A DNA stretch of 61,616 bases, filler included. It is 8 parts of 8 records of this genome, joined end to end, with 100 filler letters (N's around TTAATTAATTAA, not from the genome) between each part and the next. Parts side by side here need not be neighbours in the genome. Positions count along the whole stretch, not along the records: positions 16,638 to 24,746 come from SRR31147125_21087; positions 24,847 to 37,595 come from SRR31147125_21095; 6 more parts are not named here. One strand, written 5' to 3'. This document shows positions 23,607 through 35,000 of this stretch, piece after piece. The notes under the pieces are model-generated. The model did no database searches. It had not been told where the DNA came from and saw only the letters and a list, made by a program, of their open reading frames with translations. Each line of letters starts with the position of its first letter. Positions within the stretch are counted from its first letter, which is position 1. A program made the position numbers and the translations under genes.

Positions 23607-23625
23607 TATATAAATATTTTTAAGC

Positions 23626-24651
23626 TTGAGAAAACCCTCGATATTATTAATATATACTGGTGGAACTATTGGCATGGTGCAAAAAACCGGAACAAGTTTG
23701 AGCCCGGTAAAGTTTGATCAGATTATGGATGAAGTCCCGGAACTTAACAGATTGGGGTATCATCTTGAATCTCTTGCGTTTAATCCTCCTATCGATTCAT
23801 CGGATATGAGCCCAAAGATTTGGGGAAAACTAGCGAAAATGATTCAGCGAAACTACAATCGTTACGATGGGTTTGTGATTTTGCACGGAACTGATACAAT
23901 GGCTTACACTGCTTCAGCCTTAAGTTACATGCTCGAAAACCTTGATAAACCAGTTGTAATGACTGGTTCGCAACTCCCCATTGGAATTTTTAGAACTGAT
24001 GGTAAGGAAAATTTAATTACTTCAATCGAAATTGCTGCTGCTCAGAAAAATGGCATGACTATTGTTCCTGAAGTTTGCGTTTATTTTGATAATAAATTAT
24101 ATCGTGGAAATCGTGTAAGTAAAAGACATGCCGACCATTTTAGTGCGTTTGATTCGGTTAATTATCCTCTTCTTGCAAAGGCAGGGGTTGATATAAAATA
24201 TTTTTCAGATAATATTTATTATCCCCAGAATAAAGGGATTCTAAAAGTGGGTTTAAGTTTTGATGAACATGTTGCTGTTCTCAAGCTATTTCCCGGGATG
24301 AGCCGGGCGGTCTTTGAAAATATGTTGAATATTCCAGGCTTAAAAGGTGTCGTGTTGGAAACATTTGGTTCAGGAAATGTGCCTACCTCACCATGGCTAA
24401 TTCGAGTAGTGAAAAAAGCGATTAAGCAAAAAATCATTTTTTTTAATGTAACTCAATGTCAGGGAGGTGCTGTTAATATGGGACATTATCAGACAAGTAG
24501 AAAGCTTCTAGATGCGGGAGTTGTTAGTGGGAAAGATATGACTTCGGAAGCTGCTGTTACTAAGTTGATGTTTCTTTTAGGGCAAGGTTTAAATCACGAA
24601 GAAGTCAAGTTGCACTTGCATAAAAGTTTGAGAGGTGAAATAAGTGGATAG
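23626..24651 (+). CDS. ansA: Type I L-asparaginase
   Basis: IYTGGTIGM, DSSDM, HGTDTMAYTAS and TGSQLP motifs. Confidence 0.96.
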   Translation: MRKPSILLIYTGGTIGMVQKTGTSLSPVKFDQIMDEVPELNRLGYHLESLAFNPPIDSSDMSPKIWGKLAKMIQRNYNRYDGFVILHGTDTMAYTASALSYMLENLDKPVVMTGSQLPIGIFRTDGKENLITSIEIAAAQKNGMTIVPEVCVYFDNKLYRGNRVSKRHADHFSAFDSVNYPLLAKAGVDIKYFSDNIYYPQNKGILKVGLSFDEHVAVLKLFPGMSRAVFENMLNIPGLKGVVLETFGSGNVPTSPWLIRVVKKAIKQKIIFFNVTQCQGGAVNMGHYQTSRKLLDAGVVSGKDMTSEAAVTKLMFLLGQGLNHEEVKLHLHKSLRGEISG

Positions 24652-24716
24652 CTTATTTTTATTTCATAATTTTTTTGTATTTTGCAGCCCTTAAAATTCT
24701 AGGGGCAGAATATACT

Positions 24717-24746
24717 GGAGAGGTGCAGGAGTGGCTGAACTGGCAC
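24717..24746 (+). tRNA. 5' fragment of a tRNA, probably tRNA-Ser (anticodon not in the window)
   Basis: GGAGAGGTGCAGGAGTGGCTGAACTGGCAC reads as acceptor 5' strand plus D-arm of bacterial tRNA-Ser type; preceded by a TATTTTGCA promoter-like element; truncated by the linker. Confidence 0.7.
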
Positions 24747-24846
24747 NNNNNNNNNNNNNNNNNNNNNNNNNNNNNNNNNNNNNNNNNNNNTTAATTAATT
24801 AANNNNNNNNNNNNNNNNNNNNNNNNNNNNNNNNNNNNNNNNNNNN
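24747..24846. other. Artificial contig linker
   Basis: 44 N + TTAATTAATTAA + 44 N. Confidence 0.99.
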
Positions 24847-25966
24847 CTCCTCCTCCTCATCATCATCATCATCCTCGTCGTCGTCGTCACTTGTTTCCGT
24901 GTCTTCATCGATCGTCCATTTCCTGCCTTTGTTCTTGCGTCCCTGGACCTTCTTGACCCCCTTGGGCTTCTTTGTGCGACTTGCCGTGCGTGCCCTCTTC
25001 TCAGCCCTCAATACCGTCCAACGTTGGATCAAGGACTCTGCAGATCCACGTCAGGGTCCTATCAGACAACGGATGCTGGCGCACTTGTTGTCATGGAGAG
25101 AAATCCACAACACACAAGACCAAGTGTGATTGCCGTCAAGACAACCAGAGGATCATCCCACATGATATCCCATGCCGAATAGGTCCTATCGAGAGGATGT
25201 AGGTCTCACACTACGACGGCTCACTCCAGTCACACCATTCATTGTCCTTGCAGACTTTGCCGTCTCTTGGGTCACGAACTCCCTCTTCACATTGCACACA
25301 TTTGTGATTGACACAGCGAAGGCCGGGGCCACACCATCCTGCTGCGGTATCGATGCCTGATCTTCGTATGTGAAATCTGTCTGAGCATCCTATTGCTTGC
25401 ACATACCGTACTCGTACGGGCACTCCGCTCCATAGAGAGGACTTCTCTTCACGGATTCGCACCTCCCATCATCTGTACAATACTCATTGACCCGACAGAG
25501 TTTCATGGGATCTTCCACTCCCGAAGTGCCCGGTGTGCATTCTCCACACTATTGAAGACCCATGATTCTCGCAATCATTACAAGGCAAGAAGAAGATTAA
25601 GAGAAAGGAACCTTTGCACCCAAGGCCGCCACGCCTTCAATGTAATAGGCAATCTGGCCTTGTTCACATCCATCGTTGACACTGGCTGCATTTTCGAGAC
25701 GCACGATGGCTCTGGAACGAGAGAAACAGAAAGAAATTCAACACCTCATCAGACTCCAGCCAACGCGTGCCTTTCCATGGGTCCCTTGCAAGCGCCTGAA
25801 TAAGGATAGAGAGAGATATGAGCAACATGCCCTTACACAGGAGCGGTCGAGGCCTACCCATCGGTGGCGGGAGGCCGTCGACGATCACACACGTGTCAGC
25901 GTCTTCTGCAGTCCCCGATGTAACGACAAGAAAGAACAGGATCCCAACAAGGTGTGGGAGGTTCAT
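24847..25966 (-). CDS. Eukaryotic multi-exon gene: signal peptide, Cys-rich ectodomain, one TM helix, basic then poly-acidic cytoplasmic tail (3'-truncated)
   Basis: Manual splicing at GT..AG introns gives MNLPHLVGILFFLVVTSG...CGECTPG...CRVNEYCTDDGRC...WCGPGLRCVNHKCVQC...LTAITLGLVCCGFLSM...KKPKGVKK...DDDDEDDDDDEEEE; exact boundaries partly uncertain. Confidence 0.65.
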
Positions 25967-26181
25967 ATCTGGGGGTTGGTTGCTTGTTGGGGAGTGGAGA
26001 GACGGAGAGGAAGAGGGTGGGTTGTTTTTTGTTGGGTAGATCTTCTTGAAATTCCACCAATAGATGTGGTGTGGCATGAGAGTACGGTACAGAGGTAGCG
26101 ATATCTACAGGAAAGGGGGACGCAATCCCTCCAAACACTCACACCCACACAAAGAGATGTAATTCTCTCTTCTTCTGCATC

Positions 26182-26834
26182 ATGAACGAAGAAGCTTCCA
26201 CCTCACCCGCCCCTTCCACGACTGAGTCTCTTCATGACTTGGGTGATGTATGTTGTGTCTTGCCTTGGTTGATGGTGTTGATGGTGTTGATGTGGTGGTG
26301 TCAGCTCCTCCGACACCAGTCCGAGTGGGCCAAGGCCGTTATCTTTGATGAGCAGTGTAATATCTTAGCCTCAACCTTTGAACCCATTACGGGTGAATTG
26401 GAGTGCGTCGTTGCACGTGTGTGGGTGGATGGATGTGTGAGGAAGAGTTCCCAGGGCTTTTCTGACGGCCTTTGATGATCGCGCGACGACGATTGGTGCG
26501 GGGTTGACCCTTGGGGGAGACGACTACGAAGTTCACAGGTGTGTGGATGGGTGAGAATGTTGGTCAAGGCGACTAAGCTGTGGAGGGGATAGGTTCTTCC
26601 CGAATCTCATCTATGGGCGTCGTGGAGATTCTAACGAGGGGAGGGGATTTGTTTGCACAGGGTGGGTGTTGTGCGGTGTGGTGTGGTGTGGTGTGTTGAT
26701 GACACGAACGTGGGAAGGCCACTTGTGCCTGTACGAAGAAGCCCATCTACGGTGTTATCACGTACGTCCTTCCCACGATCTCGGCACGTGCCGTACCTCA
26801 ACTAGTTGAGTTCTTCAAGACACATGGTGCTTAA
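26182..26834 (+). CDS. Eukaryotic profilin-like protein, 5 exons (introns 26248-26304, 26403-26454, 26539-26592, 26662-26717)
   Basis: Splicing gives one ORF: ...WAKAVIFDEQCNILAST...FLTAFDDRATTIGAGLTLGGDDYEVHRFFPNLIYGRRGDSNEGEGICL...YGVITY...AVPQLVEFFKTHGA*. The G(L/I)xxxGxxY and following G-x-x-G-x-x-G pattern fits the profilin fold. Confidence 0.7.
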
Positions 26835-26886
26835 TGGGTTAATGGGTTAATGGTTAATGGTTAATGGGTTAATGGGTTAATGGGTT
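26831..26886 (+). repeat. Tandem repeat (TTAATGG[G]) x7
   Basis: Five TTAATGGG and two TTAATGG units, starting at the profilin-like stop codon. Confidence 0.95.
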
Positions 26887-27030
26887 CATTTACTTGTCTA
26901 GTTGAGCCTATGCAAATGAGCAACGAATGAGAAGGAGAAGAAGAAGAAGGGAAAGGATGGAAAGACACGCATTCTATTTCCCTTGTGCCTTGCTTTCTCG
27001 CATACACACCCACACCCACACCCACTCACA

Positions 27031-28947
27031 ATGCTGGTCCGTCCACTTCTTCCTTGTCGTGGTCTTTCGTCATTGTTATGCCTGGCGCGCCACTGGGGTG
27101 GGGGAACAAAGTCTGAGCAGGCACGCTTGGCGTACCGGCGTCGAAAAAGACGAAGAGAGAAGAAGAATCCTATCGAGTGGGGTCCTCACGTCAGTGAGTC
27201 CGAGGCGTTGGATGACGACTCGGAACCAAGTACGTCATGGATTGAGCCACGGAGTGTTGTTTATCTGCGCACCTAGTCCATCAGTTCGTCCATGTGTTTG
27301 GAAACCCGGTGTTTGGGATGGGACGCGGAGAAGTGTTCGATCGGAAACGAATGGGATTCCTTGCGTGTGATCAAACAGGTACGAAGATGGATTCGGTCCG
27401 TTCGTGCCCGTCATCCACTGTCGTCTCCCTTCACAGATCGCTTTGTGATGGTTGCCTGTGGTGGATTTCACTGTGTCCTGTGTACAGGTGTGGATTGATA
27501 GGAAGTTTTATACATGGGAATCATGGGCCTGCAGAGAAGGGACAAACTCTTACGTTTGGGATGAATTTCAATGGACAGCTTGGCCTGGGGATGGGTGGAC
27601 CAGCGGTCCTCAAACCCGCAACCGTGAGATCCCTCTCTGGGTGCGTTGTGTATGTGGGTGTGTATGTTTTCGTATTCATGTCTCCTTGCATCAGAAAGAG
27701 AGTCCGCACCGTATCGTGTGGATATCGGTTTTCTGCCCTCGTAACGGGTGCGCGCGATCTTCTTCACCTTGTGGATACACTAAGCAGAGTGCGTATCCCA
27801 CCCACTCAGAAGAGGAGGATATGTTCGTGTGGGGTTCCAATAATTATGGACAGCTTGGATTGGGAACAGAGAAAATGGAGGTGGGTTGTCTGTCCCTCTG
27901 TGTTCTTTGTTCTTGTCTAATGATCATCTCTTGTTGTACAGTCTGTGCCTACACCTGTGGATTCGCTTCGTGGAAAGGGAATTCAGCAAGTGGCGTGCGG
28001 GGAATCACACGTTCTCGCTCGAACGAGTACGTAAGGCTGGCCTAGTTGGTAAGAAGTGAGAGAATCTCTCTTCCTTCACAGGTGATGGGGGCATTCTGTC
28101 ATGGGGATGGGGCGCTCAAGGACGATTGGGATTGGGGAGCCTCCTCTCGTTTGCCACTCCCCAGGTTGTGCCTGGCTTCAACGGGAAACGTGTAATCCAT
28201 GTGGCCTGTGGAAGCAATCACTCTGTTGCGATCACAGGTTGGCCTGTCACTTTGTGTGAATGTGTGTGGATTCACTTTACCAATCCCCGTGCTCAGAGGA
28301 TGAGAGTGTGTACGTATGGGGATCCAACATGTTTGGACAATTAGGACTGGGAACAGCGGTGCCTTATTCATTGGTTCCTAAGCGAATTGACTCCCTCTCT
28401 GACAAGGGAATCACATGTGTAGCATGTGGGGAAGATCACACGCTTGCCGTCAGCGGTACGTGAAATCCAGTATAACCAAACCCTTTAGCCAATCATCGAT
28501 GATTCGCAGCGGACGGTGTGATTTATGGCATTGGACTCAACACACAATGCCAAGCAACGGGCGCGAAGGGTGGACCTAACCTGGTACACGTACCCCAACC
28601 ATTGACTACGTTCCAAGGTCGCACAATCACATCTCTCAAGTGTGGTATGCTACACAATATCGCCGTCATTGGTAGGTTGGTGTGAATGGAAGAGATGGGT
28701 GGTGATGGTTGATACACCGTACAAAGACGGAGTGGATGTGTATGGCTGGGGTGGTACGAGTGTAGGACAGATTTTCGACTCTCCGTTGGACATTGTGGTA
28801 CCGGAACCTCGTCTCCTTCTTGAGTACGGAGGACGCCTTGTTCCCGGATTTGTTTTGAGCCTTCTAACGTATCACGTATCACGTATCACGCTCACAGATG
28901 CAGTGTGGGTCTTCCCATCATTGATGCTGCTTGTGGTCAGGGCATGA
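27031..28947 (+). CDS. Eukaryotic multi-exon RCC1-repeat beta-propeller protein
   Basis: Repeated blades separated by short GT-AG introns: TFGMNFNGQLGLG, VSCGYRFSA, VWGSNNYGQLGLG, VACGESH, VACGSNHSVA, VWGSNMFGQLGLG, VACGEDHTLA. Confidence 0.88.
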
Positions 28948-29022
28948 CCGTACTCCTTCAAGATGCCAATGCTTGTATTAAAAAATGAAAATTTTGATCC
29001 ACACACACTGTACACACGATTT

Positions 29023-32000
29023 CTACACGGCAGGCGAGTGCCCAGAAGTGTGCACCAGATCCTCCTTTGCTCGGGCCAAGTCTTCCACCATACGACGACG
29101 ACGTGCCTCCAGATGTGCATGCTTCTCACGCAATTGCTGAAGATGACGGACAACCGATGCCTCTTCTTGCGGTCCGTTTTCTACCTCACGGATCTCTCCA
29201 GCCAAAGCCGCCAGATCTCTACTCTCCCGTAGATACTGCTCATTCAAAGAATCCAGGCGCTCTTGTAGGATTCGTTGTCGGGTGTGCGCATCAGCAAATC
29301 CTTGCTCCATTTCCAAAAGGAACTGTTGCAGTTTCACGTCCTGTGCAAACTCTCCGTACTGACCCAGGCGCTGTTGGAGTTTTTCGGCTGTGAAGTGATT
29401 TTCCACGGTCGGAAGGAGGTTCACAACAGACCGGATCGCCACTTCACGCCCTTCGCCCTCGGTTTCTCCAGTACCAGGACGGTAACGGGCCAAGAACATC
29501 TCCTCCACTAGGAATTGTTGAGCACGATGGAGATGACGGAGAAATTGGGGCTGTGTATCGTCTTCCATCTGACCCGACTTGATATGCATAAGGGCATGCA
29601 CAACGATCAACGTGAACTCGCCCACACTGTCTAATCGCTCGGCCCGGACGATAAGCGTCGGAGACCGTTCATCGTAGAAGTAGGAGTGACGGAAGGCATT
29701 ACGCGAGTAGTCGTGAGGTGGAAGGCGGGAGGCCACCAACACAGAAACCATAGGTGCTCCGGCACGGGCCACCAGTGAGTCCACAATAAACAGTCCGAAG
29801 CGATAGACAATGATCTGGGCAAAACTGAGCGAATCTACATCCAAAATCTCCAACGGGCCTTCAGACGTCCATCTAGCATCACGATCATCCACAAAGTTGA
29901 CACCACCACCGCTTCCCAGATGTCCGGAATCCACAAGAGCTTCAATCTGCTGAATCTTGACAAAGATAGGGGAATTCATAATCAGTTGCATCACTTGAGC
30001 CGAATCCAGTGGCGGAGGTCCCCCGGGGGGACTGGGTGGAGGAGAGGGACGAAGAGATGCCCGACGACGCTCAAGCCGTGCACGATGAGCCTGACGGGTC
30101 GTGACAAAGTTTCGCCACCGTTCCACATACCTAGATGGTGGTGTATGAGGGAAGAGAGAACCACGGAATTCGAAATGTCCACAACGCACTTCACAGTGAG
30201 CATGTTCCGTTGTTGAAGGAAATACTTCCACTTCTCAATGATCGCATTTAACTGTCGTTTGTGTCGCATCTGCTCTTCCTCCCCCATCGCTACATTCTTT
30301 TGATTGTCATAGAATGAATGAGTGGTGAAATCAACGCCAGGACGTGTGGGCGTGCGTACCTTCTCCTCAGTTTCTCGGAAGGCACGTTGGAACTCACGAT
30401 CAATCACCTTCCGCTTTCGCTGTTCACGTTTCTCTGCCAATTTCGCCTTGAATTTCGCTTGCTGCCGTTCACGTTCCAGGTCGAGGATGGTCTCGAGTGT
30501 ATCAATATCACGCTTGTGCTGCTCCATCACGCGTTCCTTCTTAACATGCGGCATGGCACCCAGATCTTGTAGCTTCTGGTCGAGTTCTTCCTTCTTCTCT
30601 TCAAGTATCTGGCATTGTGTTAATGGAGGTGCACACACAACAAAAACGGGCCTTTTCTCCCCCACCTGGGCCTTGCGCTTCTCAAGTTTCTGTAGAAGCT
30701 CTTCCTGCTGCTTTGTCTCACGAGCAGCCTCTGCTTCAAATTGCTTCGACAACTTCTGGGCTTCTGCTTCCAGTTTCCGTCGTTGTTCTTCGCGAAGACG
30801 CTCCTTCTCTTCCTGGACAGATCGAATTCGTGCTACACGATCCTCTTCCAGTTCTCGTCGGAAGTCTTCCAGTTCTCGTGCTGCCTTAGTCGCCTCTAAT
30901 GCCCGTGCCCTCTCCAGGACATCACGAGGAGCATGTTTCTCACAAGCCACAACAACCTCATTCAACTGATGTTCTCGCAGCTCGAGCATGGCCCGGCCCT
31001 CCTCTACCTCCACTTCGGCGCGAGCTCTCTCTACAGCCTCATCGATCTGGCGCTGAAAATGTCCCTCCAAGGAACTGAACTCGGTTTTGTGACGTTGGTC
31101 GAGCTCTTCCTTGAGTCGCTGGAATTCGGCTGGATCCAGTTCTAGGCGTCGGAGTTCGAGTGTTTCTTGCTCTTCTTTGTGCTTGGAATTTGTACGGACT
31201 CGTTCTGTGGCCTGAGAATTTCGAAGGGCAGTCACAGCATCCTTGAGAACATATGCACGCCGTCCCATATGCTCCGCCCACAGCTGCTCGGCTTCTTGCT
31301 GATGACGCTGTTCCATGATCTCACGTACCGCGTCACCGACTTGGTCCGAGGGAACGACCTTCACAACCTCATCCAGAGTACGACGCTCAGCCACTCCTTT
31401 GGCCCGTGACATGACATCACCCAACCTGCGTTCTTGAGCAACCACCTGAGCGCGCGTTTCATCCTCATGTTGACGACGCAGTGCCGCCAAACGTTGTTTG
31501 CGCCGCTCCACCAATTCTAAGGACAAGTTCTCCTCTTCTTTCCTTTCCTCTTCTTCCATTCGCATCCGCTTTGCCTGAAGTTTCTCCTTCAGCGTTTGGG
31601 CTTGTCGTTCTTTCTCTGCCTCCAAATGCTTTTCCAGGTGTGAGACATTATTATGATCCTCTTGAATCAGGTCGCGAATGAGTTGAGCAGATTCTTCTTC
31701 TTCCTGTTGTTGACGTACTACAGAAAACTCGGCTCGTCGTTTTTCCAAACGCTTTCGGTGTTCCTCCTCCTCCCGTGCTAAGGTTTCTTCCAGTTGTTGT
31801 TGTTCCTTCTGATGTTTCGCAACAAGCTCCTGACGAACTTGGTCGGCATCGCGGCGAGCAACCGCTTCCGCTTTCCTTTCTTCTGGAGTCATTTCGGATT
31901 CCACGACTTCGGTAGCAACAGTAACAGTATCATTCGCAGACTTCTCCACTATCGTTCGAAGGGCCTCCATTCTCTCCTGGGCTTTCTGGGTCCGTTCATC

Positions 32001-35000
32001 CAGTGCTGCGCGTTCTTCTTCGTGTTTGCGTTGGAGTTCACTCCTTCGCAAAGCCAATTTCTTCTCAAGGGTCTCCGTCTGTCGTGCTTTGGTCGCTGCT
32101 AGCACTGCCTCCAGGCCTTCAGTCGTTTCTTCAACTCGCTGCTTACGTCGCTGTGTTGACATTACAGTTGTGTACTCGCGCCTCATATCACGATCGACCT
32201 CTGCCATGGCGACCTCCTCCTCAAGTTTCTGACGCATGGCCAAATCCTCGCGTTCATGACCCCTCGCCGCCTCCAGTTTGGCCAATTCCAATGTGGCATC
32301 CATTCGAGTACGCAACGCTTCTTTGCGACGACGTCCTCTCTCTGCCAGTCGAGTTCGCAGGGCTTCTTCTTGGCGGCGACGTCCTTCATCCAGGAATGCC
32401 TCAAGCCGCTGCAGAGCCACACGCTGATCAGCCAGTGCACGTTCACGTTCTGCCTCATTATGGGCCCTCTGCAGTTCATCGCGATTTCGTTCTTCTTCTT
32501 CATGTAGAACGGTAGCTTTGCTTTCATCCATTCGTGCACGCAACACATCCAACTCTTTGTTCTCTTCCTCCTCTAAGGACAATTCCAGTTCCCTCTGGTG
32601 TGTAGATACCTCTAAAATATGCTTCTCTACGACTTGTCGCGTTTCCAGATCATGTCGTTCACGTGCTTTTCGTTCTTCGATCTTCTGACGCAGAACGGCC
32701 TCCTGACGCCGCCGGTTGGCCTCCAGCACGGCTTCTAACTCTTCTATTTCCTGTGAATGCAGATCCATGATTCGCCGACTTTCAGCCGAGCTATCGTCTT
32801 CTGTGACAACACGTGCCAGTTCGTGGCGGTGAACATTGCGTAGGTCAGCCATAGTACGCCCCGCATCAGATTCAACTTTCTCGCGCAAGGATTGCCATTC
32901 GATAGCCTCCTCTCGGGCAAGACGCTGGTCCAACAGGGCCCGTTCCTCAGAATAGCGACGAGACGATTCCATAGGCTCTTCGGTGGTACGCGATACAGAA
33001 GGAGATGTGATACCGCCCATATCGATCATAGGTGCCTCACGGGCGATCTGTTGAATGGCATCCGCCAGGGACTTGGCTAGGCCCGTTTCCATTTGTGTGA
33101 CATCCACTGCTGCGGTGGCATTCTGCTTGATCGTTCCAACCTGCCGCTCTTCTAGTTGCTGGAAGCGTTCAGCAAGCAGGTCCTTCAGTTGTCCAGTCTC
33201 TTCTGAGACACGTTCAAAGAAGGTCTTTGCATTCTGTTGTGCTTGAATAAGTTGTGATGTTACGTGGATACTTTGATCTTCGAGCTTGTCATACAATGTG
33301 CGAACGTTGAAATCCTCAAGCAGTGTGTTGTCTTGTCGATGTTCCAGATCGTCCCAGCCCCACCCACCGACGTCCAGTGCTACTTCCTTGGTTTTCTCGT
33401 CCTTGAGGGGGGTGGAGCCATCATACAGGGACGGTGGTTCGGCCCGACTGTATTTGGGTTTTGTGGATTCGGTATCTCGGAAGACGTGTTGCCGCGTGAA
33501 GTGCAAAACGGCAATGACAGCACACGTGACCAGAACGGTGATTCCCATCAGGGAACCTAACAGCACCCAATCGGGTTCTACAATCAAATCACCCCCTCGT
33601 GACACGCCAATTGTCGCCAGATTCTGTGCCGTCATAGCTACCATGGGAGCGGAGATGGCACACTGGCTCCCTTCGGGTACCACACGTACAATGGTTGTTT
33701 GATCGCGAGAAAGACTATCCGCAAACACATACACACCAGGATCATTGAATGTGAAGAAGAATGCAGTGATACTCGCATTCGCAGCCACACGGGCAGCCAA
33801 TTTGCGGAATTCACCATAGTCAAAGGTCGGGTTCGTGTTGAACAGAGAATCCTTGAGGTAGAGAGGATAGTGGTCGCGGGTTCCTGTCAGGTCGAACACA
33901 ACACCTTCGTGTTGCTGAATGCACACCGCGGGATGAGCCAGGGCCTCATAGGTGTCCGCGGATGTGGCTCGAATGAGACGTCGCTGGCGTCGACCCTGAC
34001 GTCCAGGTACCCTCTCAGAGGGGCTGGCACCTTGGAATAACGCTGCGAAATATGAGGGCTGTGGATTGTACACACCCTGGAATCCGTCGTTGCGAAGGGC
34101 CAGAATCCGGAAGGCACAAGAATTCGTTGCCTGACAATCAATGAACCCCGCAACACCCGATATCTGGTCCACATCGAAGGGATTGCTCACATTTCGGGCA
34201 TCATTGTGGACAGTGAGCTGATTGTGATAAATGGGATTGACCTCTAACACCAGCTCCTGTTCCCGACAGGCGTCGTTACACACATCCTCGACGTCCACAA
34301 GGCCCTGACACTCGCATATCCCAAGAGCAGCATTGAACGAACCCACTCCACTCGGACAGGTTTCTCGTCCACACACTGCATCTCCGTCCACACACTGTCC
34401 ATTGAGATCTCGTACACGATTCCCTTCACACGAAGGGAATACCACGGGGATACAGTCTCGTGGCGAATCTGCTTCTGTGAGTTCGAGAGTTGATCCCTCA
34501 AAGAATTCGTATCCAGGCTTGCAGATACACGAGCCGTCCGACATTTGGAAAGTTCGATGTGTCCCATTGCACTGACACGTTGTAGCACCTTCACCCGAAA
34601 AGGCGCTGGCTCCACAAGGAAAACAGTACTGCTGTCCCGTTAGGTGGTTGTACGAGTTGTTGTGGCACGGTTGACAGTCTGACTCGTTTTGCATGTGTGT
34701 GTTGGGACAAAGAACCCTACCGGGCGGGGGATTTCCCGACTGGATCCCTCGGGGCAGTAGTGGCCTACCGGACACCAGTATCCTTCTTCCAGTTCGCGAT
34801 TGCTTGGGTATTGCGCAGTCGTTCGACCCATACACACATACCCTTCTGGACAGATTTCACACACAAGCCGATCGGGATCTGCCCCGTAAGTACCCGGAGG
34901 ACATGAAATACAAACACCATCCATCCTCGCTTGATCCTCTCGCGTCGTCCCGTCGAGGAAATAGGTTCCCAAGGGACATAAAAGGGGAACGGGACTTCCT

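Noticed and set aside
25712..25771. Possible GC-AG intron in the Cys-rich membrane gene
   Set aside because: A same-phase GT donor (GTTGGC) lies 6 nt further into the intron, so a non-canonical donor is not required.
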